The notes under the pieces: generated by a model
The model's input: the letters and a program-made list of their open reading frames with translations, nothing else
Databases searched by the model: none
What the model was told of the DNA's origin: nothing
Part shown: piece by piece, positions 28,852 to 37,499 of the stretch
How the letters are laid out: each line of letters opens with the position of its first letter
Numbering within the stretch: position 1 is the stretch's first letter
Position numbers and translations under genes: made by a program
NCBI GenBank assembly: GCA_048885865.1
Contig: JBHLLF010000002.1
Coordinates: forward strand, 128,001-192,000
Length of the DNA: 64,000 bases
Source of the DNA: Candidatus Hermodarchaeota archaeon
GTDB lineage: Archaea > Asgardarchaeota > Thorarchaeia > Thorarchaeales > Thorarchaeaceae
Direction of reading: 5' to 3'

Positions 28852-30045
28852 ATGAGAATCGAGGACTACAAGGATATGATCTATGCATGCGGTAGATGCA
28901 ATCTGTGTCATGGGGCAGATTTCGATGAGCGATGTCCTGAACTCTTCACCCAATATTGGGAATCGTCGACTCTGAGAGGCCGGATGGCCATTGCTAGTGG
29001 CATTCTGGAGGGGAAGCTTGACTATTCTGAGGAGATGGCTGAACGAATTTTCGGTTGCTTCATGTGTGGCCGTTGTCAAGAGGAATGCAAGAAGGCGGCA
29101 GATATCAATACAATTGATATTACGAAGGCCATGAGAGCTGATTTCGTGGAAAAGGGGATCAAGATTCCCGAAGCCGGAGCAAAGATGGCTGATACCGTTG
29201 TGGATAGTGGGAATATCTTTGCTGATCCGCCAGCTGAGCACACAAAGTGGGCTGAGGGCCTGAAATTCACAAATGATGCCAAAACCCTGTTCTATCCGGG
29301 ATGTTTAGCCAGTCATCGATTCAAGGAGAAGACCAGAATACTTGTGCAAACATTGCAGGCCGCGGGATACGAACTCAACTTCCTAGGAGAGAAACAGAGA
29401 TGCTGTGGGACGCCCTATTGGATAACTGGCAAAGACTCCGAAGCAAAAAGCAATGCAGAAGATTTCGTCAATATGCTTACCGAGCTAGGGATACGAGAAA
29501 TAATCACTCCCTGTCCCAGCTGCTTTCGAGCTCTTGATGAGGAATATCCAAAGTTGCTGGGAAAAGAGGTTCCATTCCGAGTGAGGCATACTAGCCAGGT
29601 CCTTCAGGAGATTGTGGAAGGAAAGAAACTCAAGTTCAAAGTTCCAATTGATAAGAAAGTGACCTACCATGACCCATGTGAAATTGGAAGACTCCGGGGA
29701 ATATACGATCCTGGACGCACTGTCCTCAATGCGCTACCCGGCGTCGAGCTAATTGAGATGGGGCGAAATCGCGAGGAAGCATTTTGCTGCGGCGGAGGTG
29801 GAGGAGTCAAAATCATGTACGAGGACCATTCCAATAAGGTCGCAGAGGAACGCATCGGCGATTTCATCGAGACCAATGCTGACCTACTCACAACAATCTG
29901 TCCGGCATGCGAGATGAATCTCACCCATGGTACTTACGCGGCTGATATTGAAGCAAGAGTCTTGGATGTTGCAGAACTTGTAGCTGTTGCAGCCGGCATT
30001 GTAGATAGGGAGATACTTGAGCCTGACTATTTCCCTGAGGACTAA
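28852..30045 (+). CDS. (Fe-S)-binding CCG-domain protein (second copy)
   Basis: CGRCNLC...CP, CFMCGRCQEEC, RCCG, YHDPCE, FCCGGGGG. Confidence 0.9.
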   Translation: MRIEDYKDMIYACGRCNLCHGADFDERCPELFTQYWESSTLRGRMAIASGILEGKLDYSEEMAERIFGCFMCGRCQEECKKAADINTIDITKAMRADFVEKGIKIPEAGAKMADTVVDSGNIFADPPAEHTKWAEGLKFTNDAKTLFYPGCLASHRFKEKTRILVQTLQAAGYELNFLGEKQRCCGTPYWITGKDSEAKSNAEDFVNMLTELGIREIITPCPSCFRALDEEYPKLLGKEVPFRVRHTSQVLQEIVEGKKLKFKVPIDKKVTYHDPCEIGRLRGIYDPGRTVLNALPGVELIEMGRNREEAFCCGGGGGVKIMYEDHSNKVAEERIGDFIETNADLLTTICPACEMNLTHGTYAADIEARVLDVAELVAVAAGIVDREILEPDYFPED

Positions 30046-30053
30046 CTATTGGT

Positions 30054-30344
30054 CTATCCCCCAACTGCAGCAATCATGAATACAATGAGGTCTCCTCGCG
30101 AGAGCTTTGTTTTCTCTCCCTGATGTGCTACCATGTTTTTACCATTCACAATGACAATTGCATCTCTTCGCAGCTTGCCGCTGCCCTTCTCTTCAAGGTA
30201 TGGCTCGAATCTCTCCCCATAAGATTCTCGAAGGTCGTCAATCAGGTCTCTGACAGTAGCTCCGTCTTGAGTTTCAAAGCTGAATTTGTCATGTTCATGT
30301 GACTTGAGCCCCTTATTCATGAGTTTGACAAAGACCTCTGTCAT
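30054..30344 (-). CDS. MoaD/ThiS/SAMP ubiquitin-like sulfur carrier
   Basis: TVRDLI, IVNG, GD.I, C-terminal AAVGG. Start ATG 30344. Confidence 0.88.
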   Translation of the reverse strand: MTEVFVKLMNKGLKSHEHDKFSFETQDGATVRDLIDDLRESYGERFEPYLEEKGSGKLRRDAIVIVNGKNMVAHQGEKTKLSRGDLIVFMIAAVGG

Positions 30345-30555
30345 GGCATACACTTCCTTAACATTCAAGTCAAAATAGCCAAAGTTTAAGTTAAGTATGA
30401 CGGAACAGTCTCTAAGCATGAGGGCATATTAAGCCACCACAAGTGTTTTCAGGCGGTAGCTCTCGTGCCTACACAAGAGTGATATACCCTAAGCAGGGCT
30501 GAATGAAACATCAAACAGGGAACTTGCCATCACCGGCAAAAGAAGGCTGGTCTAA

Positions 30556-31341
30556 TTGACTGAAACGAATGGACACCGACTAACATTGAAAGAGTGGCTT
30601 GCTGCGCACGCACGTACTGAACCTGTACATTATAGGAAAATTGCTGAGGCTCTTGGTCGTGATGCCGCTTCAGTTTCTGCATCGCTATCTATTGAGAGAA
30701 AACAAGCCGAGGAGGACAATAGACCACCCTATTTCGTTAGAATTCGACCTGGCCTATATCAGTATAATGACCTCTGTGAGGGTGCTGTTGATGAGGACCT
30801 AATAAGAGAGGTTCGTGATCGTGCAGAAGAGTTCAACCTAGCTACCCGCAGAGAGATGCGACAGAGGATTGCTAATCTTGACATCCATGGGTTTGAAGAG
30901 CTAGCGAAGATCATTCTACTGAACATCAGGGCCAGAGTCGAGAAATCTGAAGTTATCAGGCGCTACAACAACACTATTGTCATGACCACATCTTGGCGAG
31001 ACGATGGAGGGAGGTCTCCTGTTGTTGTATATGCGAGGAAATGTCGTCTTGACGAGAAGATAGAACGTGATACAATACTTGAGATCCGTGGCGCTCTCCC
31101 GACCTTCAAGGCCAATCAGGGAGTTCTAATATCGAATGGGATTGTTACCCCTGAGGGGAAGGACGAGGCTCTAGGCTATGCAGGTGCTGATGTGAAGGTT
31201 TCAGTACCTCCTGTCCACCTGATGGACATTGAGATATGCCTTAACATTCTTCTAGAGAGCCGCACCGGCGTGAGAGAGAGAAAAGTCGAGGTTCTTATCC
31301 CGGACGATGAGTTTTGGGAACGTCTATCCACAGAAGAGTAG
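30556..31341 (+). CDS. HARE-HTH plus Mrr-like restriction endonuclease fold protein, catalytically degenerate
   Basis: N-terminal PVHYRKIAEAL...FVRIRPGLY winged helix; Mrr-like FEEL...RGAL...GVLISNG...LMD...GV. Confidence 0.7.
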   Translation: MTETNGHRLTLKEWLAAHARTEPVHYRKIAEALGRDAASVSASLSIERKQAEEDNRPPYFVRIRPGLYQYNDLCEGAVDEDLIREVRDRAEEFNLATRREMRQRIANLDIHGFEELAKIILLNIRARVEKSEVIRRYNNTIVMTTSWRDDGGRSPVVVYARKCRLDEKIERDTILEIRGALPTFKANQGVLISNGIVTPEGKDEALGYAGADVKVSVPPVHLMDIEICLNILLESRTGVRERKVEVLIPDDEFWERLSTEE

Positions 31342-31590
31342 CGTTCCAATCATGAGTCAACACGCATTCGACTCAGGCCGTCATTTACATCCAAGTTCTA
31401 CATTAGTCGATGGGATAATACTCAATTCATTGTATAGGTATTGTATTAAATCGCAAAATGTTAACTTTTTCATAAAGTAGCGCACGAAAGGCGCGCCTTA
31501 AGGTTTTAATAGAGGAAATGCGTTACTTCTGGCTCATCACGGAGAGAGATTCACAATTCACCGTGAGAGAGAAATTTGGAGAAGAACGCA

Positions 31591-33129
31591 ATGGGCGAGG
31601 AACAAAAACTCCTATTCGTGCGTGAAAGCTCCGGCCTAGTAAAGGAAGTAGGTACGGGCTTTGCCCTGCTTCTTCCAATTGCACTAACTCTTGGACCTTG
31701 GTTCCACTACTTCGGGCCTCAGGTTTCATCATGGTATCCAGGTGCGCATCTAGTTCCGATGTATGCCATCGGCGCAGGAATCGTCTTCTTTGAAGCAATT
31801 GCATTGATGTGCCTAATGCTTGCGATGCCACGATCTGGTGCCTCCTACCACTTCACTGGTAGAGGTCTCAGTCCAATTTTTGGTGTGATGGAAGGTTGGC
31901 GGTCCGTAATTACCAATCCTGTATTTAGAGGGACAGGTAGCTTCTTCGCGGTACAGATCTTCGCAGGCGGTCTCGTAGTTGTTGGTACAGCAACCGGCAA
32001 CGCTGGTCTTGTTGCAGCAGCGACAGCTCTAGGATCAGACTGGATTCTACTGTTTGTTGCAGCAGCAATAATGATCTTTGTAGGATTCATCTTTAGCTAT
32101 CTCAGCGTAAAATGGTTGGGCTGGTTTACGATAATCCTCGGATTGATCAATATCATAGCGTTGTTAGTTGCTGATCTTGTTATGCTAGCGACTCCCATTA
32201 CTCAGTCAGTTTGGGAGGGTACAATGGGCTCAGGTACCTGGGCTCCGATCGCTGCATTCGACAACTCAGCCTATGTCGACTTTGACTGGGCAGCTGTGGG
32301 CCCTGCTTTGATTCTAACCGTTGGTGGAATGTGGCCTTACCTTATTATGCCAGTAGCAGGTGAAGTGGCACAGCCAAGTAGAAACATCCCCTTGAGCAAT
32401 CTGGGTGGATGGGCTGGTATCGCCTTCTTTTTCATGCTCTCAGGCTTCGCAGTTGAGTCAAGCATGGGAGCCGACCTGTATGGCATCAACTTCGCTGGAG
32501 GCGTATTCCCAGGATTTGGTAACTATGCAGCAGTCATTCTTGGAGCCAATCCGTTAGCGTGGTTCGTGATATTATGTCCGGTCTATGCGAGCGTGTTAGA
32601 CTCACCGAGCAATGCACTGTGGGTTACCCGACCAATGCATTCCATGGCTATGGACCGGTTCTGTCCTGAAGCATTCGCAAGTGTCCATCCGAAGTACCAT
32701 GTTCCACACATTACATTGTACTTCTGGTTGATTCTATCACTTGGAACAGTAGCCTTCGCTACATTCCTAGTAATTACAACCGGCACTGCTCTCGACGCAC
32801 TGATTGGCGTAGCATTCACCTACGTCTTTATCAGATGGCAGATGGCACTGGCTGCGGTATCATTACCGTACTACAGGCCAACATTATGGGAGCGAAGCGG
32901 AGCGTGGAAGTTCCTGGGCATTCCACTGATATCAATCGGTGGTCTGGTTGCAGGCGGCGCATTCTTCTATTCTATGATAGCATTCGTACCAGGTGGTGCC
33001 GCTTACGAGGTCTGGTTCACTGTGATCGTATACGTGATTGGTCAATTAGCCTACATGTACTACGGTGCTAAGAACAAGGCCAAAGGCATCGAGATGTCTG
33101 CTATCTTCGGACAGCTTCCGCCAGAGTAG
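31591..33129 (+). CDS. APC-family amino acid permease (copy B)
   Basis: FVRESSGL, MPRSGASY, AGEVAQP, AMDRFCP..F, C-terminal FGQLPPE. Confidence 0.9.
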   Translation: MGEEQKLLFVRESSGLVKEVGTGFALLLPIALTLGPWFHYFGPQVSSWYPGAHLVPMYAIGAGIVFFEAIALMCLMLAMPRSGASYHFTGRGLSPIFGVMEGWRSVITNPVFRGTGSFFAVQIFAGGLVVVGTATGNAGLVAAATALGSDWILLFVAAAIMIFVGFIFSYLSVKWLGWFTIILGLINIIALLVADLVMLATPITQSVWEGTMGSGTWAPIAAFDNSAYVDFDWAAVGPALILTVGGMWPYLIMPVAGEVAQPSRNIPLSNLGGWAGIAFFFMLSGFAVESSMGADLYGINFAGGVFPGFGNYAAVILGANPLAWFVILCPVYASVLDSPSNALWVTRPMHSMAMDRFCPEAFASVHPKYHVPHITLYFWLILSLGTVAFATFLVITTGTALDALIGVAFTYVFIRWQMALAAVSLPYYRPTLWERSGAWKFLGIPLISIGGLVAGGAFFYSMIAFVPGGAAYEVWFTVIVYVIGQLAYMYYGAKNKAKGIEMSAIFGQLPPE

Positions 33130-33142
33130 AACGCATTTCATT

Positions 33143-33181
33143 TGAAGAGAGCCGCAAGCTCTCTTCACCCCTCTCTTTTTT
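33143..33181 (+). terminator. Hairpin plus pyrimidine/T-tract terminator after APC B
   Basis: TGAAGAGAGC-CGCAA-GCTCTCTTCA perfect 10-bp stem, then CCCCTCTCTTTTTT. Confidence 0.75.
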
Positions 33182-33219
33182 CGCGTCTCTCAGTAGCCAA
33201 AAGATAGCTGAATCATCAT

Positions 33220-34188
33220 CTAGGAAATGGCGCTATCATCATTTTCCTCTGATTCCTGAGGCTCTTCTTCTGCAAAATCGTATATGGGCGGAAATCGATT
33301 TCTGCTTGCCTTGCTTGAAAATGCTTCCAGCTTGTCCCACGATTTGTGAAAACGCGAAGGGAAGGATCTAGGTCTGATTGCTAGTACCTCCTCAATATCA
33401 TCTGAGGATCTGTAGATATCGAGCGCTTTCTTGGCATCCTCCACAATTCGCTGTCGCTCTTCATCATCGAGCACCTGCTGTTGATATTGATAGGCATCCT
33501 CATGCCATTGGTATTTTATCGAGAACTCTTGATGATCATTGAAGATGCTATCAATAAGCCTCCAAGGCCAGAACGTGGCCATCTGAGCAAGTTGCACACC
33601 GGCACCGTAGAAGTCTATTGCCATTCCCTCTTTACAGAAGATATAATCGGGGCCTCGCTCCCGAAATTTTGGATTTGGCTTAGCCATACGCCCTCTCTTT
33701 GACCAATCGAACCACTGTGCCCTATGGCGTCCAACGACCTCGCACTGGTTAATAATGTATCTGACTGCTGCGGCAGTACCATGATGTGCCAATCCCGGTA
33801 GACTCGGACGTTCAAGAATCCCCTCAACCAGCTCCTTTACAGTTGCCACATCCTCCAATGGAAATGTAGCCCAGACTGGAAAAACTGCACGTCCATATGG
33901 CATCGAAAACAGAAACAGCATCCCTGCAGGTCCAATTGGCTCGAAGTCATCAGGAAGTTCCTCATACATCGGCCACGTTTTATCATCCTTACAGTAATGC
34001 ACTTCACAGACTTCAAAGGATACTACCTCACTCCAACCGGCGTCATATGTAGCTAGATACTTCTTCCTTCTTTTTTCGCGAGGAAGAACGAATCTTGCAT
34101 ACTCTGAATTGATTTGGAGCTCCTGTTTGTCGTCATAAGGATCAGTACCAAGATATTCAAGGTCTGGAAGTCTGTCATATGTACTCAT
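33220..34188 (-). CDS. Hypothetical protein
   Basis: 322-aa ORF filling the gap, protein-like composition, acidic tail; no motif recognised. Confidence 0.7.
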   Translation of the reverse strand: MSTYDRLPDLEYLGTDPYDDKQELQINSEYARFVLPREKRRKKYLATYDAGWSEVVSFEVCEVHYCKDDKTWPMYEELPDDFEPIGPAGMLFLFSMPYGRAVFPVWATFPLEDVATVKELVEGILERPSLPGLAHHGTAAAVRYIINQCEVVGRHRAQWFDWSKRGRMAKPNPKFRERGPDYIFCKEGMAIDFYGAGVQLAQMATFWPWRLIDSIFNDHQEFSIKYQWHEDAYQYQQQVLDDEERQRIVEDAKKALDIYRSSDDIEEVLAIRPRSFPSRFHKSWDKLEAFSSKASRNRFPPIYDFAEEEPQESEENDDSAIS

Positions 34189-34343
34189 CTTTAGTAAATC
34201 CCCATGAATAAGCGCGAGTCGGTTTGAGAGTTATTTGAATCTCCTGCCAGCCCATTCTTAAACAAGCTGGTATATGCCCGCAAGTTAATCGTAAACATTA
34301 ATTAGCTGTATTCGCGAGCCAATCGCTAAGAGGACTTGGTAAG

Positions 34344-35051
34344 ATGAGTCACCGGGGAAAGCAAGATAAAAAGGTAAAGCGGCCATCATCAGTATCGCTT
34401 GACGATTTCCAATTCACTCCCGCGAATCTGGATTTGAGATTCAGCAAGAATCTATTGACAGTGTTGGATGGCTATCGAATTCAGAGAACATATGACCTGG
34501 GCTTTATCGATAAGAAAGTTGGAGAAGGAGAATTGCCTAGGACTTTCGTTCAGCAGTGGGGAACCATGAGGAAGGCTCTCACCAAGCTCGCTGCCATTGG
34601 CCCAAAAGTCCCTGGAGTTGAGTCCTCGCTGAATCGTAGGCAGACAATGTCCTTCATTGGGATGGCTTCACTCACCATTGCAGTTCCAATTCTGCTATTC
34701 ACTTACGTATTGCAGCTTGATTGGCTAGCACCTATTGGCTTACCAATTGCCCTTGTTGCAGTCGGCTTAATGCTAATCAGCTGGATGACTTCAGCCTGGT
34801 ATAATAGAAAGGTTGCATGGTTGATTCATGACTATGTAGAAGAGAATCAAGCATTGGTATCCAACGAAAGGCGGCACCTCAAGAAATGGGTCCAAATACT
34901 GATAATGCACACATCAAGTCTTATGCGAAAAAGCGGTGAGGATCCCGAGAAGAATCTTGTCAAATTCTTTAATGACGACTATAATGGAATTGAGGTATTG
35001 AAAGTTCCAAGTGGTTTCCGGAAGCACTATGTCGTCAAAATTAGATTGTAA
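34344..35051 (+). CDS. Uncharacterised 2-TM membrane protein (copy B)
   Basis: Basic N-terminus, LDGYR, two TM helices, C-terminal DYNGIEVLKVPSGFRKHYVVKI. Confidence 0.75.
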   Translation: MSHRGKQDKKVKRPSSVSLDDFQFTPANLDLRFSKNLLTVLDGYRIQRTYDLGFIDKKVGEGELPRTFVQQWGTMRKALTKLAAIGPKVPGVESSLNRRQTMSFIGMASLTIAVPILLFTYVLQLDWLAPIGLPIALVAVGLMLISWMTSAWYNRKVAWLIHDYVEENQALVSNERRHLKKWVQILIMHTSSLMRKSGEDPEKNLVKFFNDDYNGIEVLKVPSGFRKHYVVKIRL

Positions 35052-35084
35052 GAAAAGGGACTCGATTTGCCCTGAATCGAGCCC
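35052..35084 (-). terminator. Hairpin terminator between convergent genes
   Basis: Minus strand GGGCTCGATT-CAGGGCA-AATCGAGTCCC followed by TTTTC. Confidence 0.55.
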
Positions 35085-35098
35085 AGTAGTTTCAGTTT

Positions 35099-36214
35099 CT
35101 ATACAAGATCTTCCATAGGCTTATAGTCAAGGTCAAAGCCGAAATGACGTGGGCCTAAAACCTTCAAACCTTCAGTGCTACGAAATACCTGTTCTGATTT
35201 CATTCCGATTACACTGACCTGGTCACCGGCTTTGATGTCTGTGTTTGTTATTGGCTCACCAGATTTTGCATCAATTATCTCAATAATGTCCGGACTCATG
35301 ACCCAAGGTTTGTCATCAAGCCATGTGACATGATTCTCATTCTTGAACCAGACTCGAAGCTCAGACCCGGGCCTAATACCACTTCCCTTGATCTTAGTTT
35401 CGCCCCACATGTAGCCTGCCCGGTTCTCCCATGTCTTATCCACGACCTCTCCCCGGAAGAGAATCCAGCCTCCTACATTTTCAACAATCTTGTCAGCAGG
35501 ATCATCGCCCGTGTCACGACTCTCTCTAATCATCTTGCCAACTTCATAGCTTTTAGTCAGTGTTCCTGGGATAATTGCATCATGGAAATCCGAGCCTTTC
35601 AATGGAAAAGCAACATTTCCCAACCTTCCCCAGGCAGCTTCACTGAGTGCCTTGGAGATTCGCTCACCCATCTCAAAGTTGATGACATGTTCTACTATGC
35701 TCTTGTTACCAAACCAATCGATAAGAGCCATTGGTGCCATCGAGAACCCCTTGATGCATACTGTGTTCTGGCAAATCTCTGGAACTGCTCTTGCTGAATA
35801 ATCTCCGTCAACACATGGAATGCCGTGTTTCACAGCTGAATCTATTGGTGCTGGCGTATTCACTCCTCCAAGCTCAAATGGAGCCACCGCCGCGAACTTT
35901 ACTCCCATATGGTCCTCTAACGCTTTGAGACCCGCAGCTAGTTCTTGCTCATAGTAGTCCCAAGGAAATCGAGTTCTCAACGCCTCAATTTCTGGAGTAG
36001 GAGGTGCGATAGTCCCTGAATAGTAAGAGCAAGCAACCCAGTCATCATTCTTCACGTGCCCCACGTCAACAATCTCTATTGTCTTCCCCGCATCCATGTG
36101 AGGATAAAGCATATCGAGTCCGAGCTGCTTTGAGCCGCCCCCGCCAGTTCCAAAGAATGTGCATCCGGTGGTGAGGTCGTCTACATCGGTCCTCGTTTTT
36201 AATATCAAAGTCAT
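35099..36214 (-). CDS. DUF917 family protein (copy 1)
   Basis: FGTGGGG, PFELGGVN, VDGDYSARAVPE, FKNEN, SPDII. Start ATG 36214. Confidence 0.88.
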   Translation of the reverse strand: MTLILKTRTDVDDLTTGCTFFGTGGGGSKQLGLDMLYPHMDAGKTIEIVDVGHVKNDDWVACSYYSGTIAPPTPEIEALRTRFPWDYYEQELAAGLKALEDHMGVKFAAVAPFELGGVNTPAPIDSAVKHGIPCVDGDYSARAVPEICQNTVCIKGFSMAPMALIDWFGNKSIVEHVINFEMGERISKALSEAAWGRLGNVAFPLKGSDFHDAIIPGTLTKSYEVGKMIRESRDTGDDPADKIVENVGGWILFRGEVVDKTWENRAGYMWGETKIKGSGIRPGSELRVWFKNENHVTWLDDKPWVMSPDIIEIIDAKSGEPITNTDIKAGDQVSVIGMKSEQVFRSTEGLKVLGPRHFGFDLDYKPMEDLV

Positions 36215-36336
36215 ATTAGTCCCAATCCCATTAAAGTGACTTAAACAAGAATTATGCTTGGCTCTATATATTTCCAATGGACTAAAAACAAGGTTGGAAG
36301 GAAGGCGCAAGTGCACCTTCCTCTCCGACATCAGAG

Positions 36337-37278
36337 CTAAAGCTCTACTCGTCCCGCTTGGACATTTCCATCTTCGATGGTGATGAGGAATCCTTTCAAG
36401 ATGCCCTCTCTGTACTCTGAGCCTGGGTTAACACAGAGCGTTCGCCCAATCTTTCTGTATCCCACACTTTCATGGATATGACCATGCATGCCCAATAATG
36501 GCTGATACTTCTCAATCACTGCTCGGACTGATTTGCTACCAACTGGTGTCATAATCTCATGTGCACCTGCCTTTGCAACACGATGGTCCTCAGTCAACTG
36601 AGGTGCTACATCGAGTCCTGAGTTGAATGGAGGGTCATGAAAGTTGCAGAGTACGTTTGAGTAATCATCTGTTTCAAGACGTGCAAATTCTGCTTCCAGC
36701 TTGTCCAGCAGCTCCTCATCAGGACATTCTCTGTGAGTGTTCCACGGTGTGGAGTTTACCCATTCCAGACTTATCATGGGATATCCATGAATGTCAACAA
36801 CTCTCTGTAGAGGATATATGATTCTCTCGTCATTCTTTATTACTTCATCAATGACATAGTCGTCATCATTTCCTGGATTCACAACGACCATTACGTCTTC
36901 AGGTATCCGTTCATTAGCCATGTGCATCCATTCCTGAATTCTCTCCACCATTAGTCTTTCAAAGAGCTTGGTGATCTCTCCAGGCGTTTCCTGAAGATGC
37001 GCCAACTCATCCGGTGTAAGTATTGCTGGATAGAACCCCTCGTCCTTAGTGAACTTGATGAATTTGTCAAGATCCTTTTGCTTCTTGAAGGTCTTCTTTT
37101 GGCCTCGGGGGTTGGCATACCATCTGTCTTCTTTCTCTTGTATAATCGGCATGATGGCTTTCCCGGTTAGGTCGCCGCACATCATCGCTACGTCTGCTTT
37201 GAACGCCTTTGGTGCCCGACACATTTTCTCCCAGGTCTGTTGGCTTCCGTGTGGGTCACAGGCTTGGAATATCCTCAT
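36337..37278 (-). CDS. Calcineurin-like metallophosphoesterase (copy B)
   Basis: DPHGS, GDLTGK, PGNDD, HDPP, HGHIHES, NPGSEY. Confidence 0.9.
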   Translation of the reverse strand: MRIFQACDPHGSQQTWEKMCRAPKAFKADVAMMCGDLTGKAIMPIIQEKEDRWYANPRGQKKTFKKQKDLDKFIKFTKDEGFYPAILTPDELAHLQETPGEITKLFERLMVERIQEWMHMANERIPEDVMVVVNPGNDDDYVIDEVIKNDERIIYPLQRVVDIHGYPMISLEWVNSTPWNTHRECPDEELLDKLEAEFARLETDDYSNVLCNFHDPPFNSGLDVAPQLTEDHRVAKAGAHEIMTPVGSKSVRAVIEKYQPLLGMHGHIHESVGYRKIGRTLCVNPGSEYREGILKGFLITIEDGNVQAGRVEL

Positions 37279-37499
37279 CTAATTACCTCGTAATCGTTTC
37301 TGCGTTGTGAACTCCTCAGAGTCCCAGACGAATTGTCGATGTGACAGTTTAGCCTTGTTTAAAGTTTAATGGTGCAACACATTTTGCAGCTTAAGGAGAT
37401 TTAGAAAAAAAGGAGTCTGTGCCATGTCACAAGATATTAATGTCATATGAAACATCGCAGGTGTAATAAGACCCTTGAATTCTAGAGGAGTACAGAGAT

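Noticed and set aside
18394-37499. Shared TTAA-Nx-TTAA operator in island promoters
   Set aside because: Spacing is inconsistent (1-7 nt) and indistinguishable from archaeal TATA elements.
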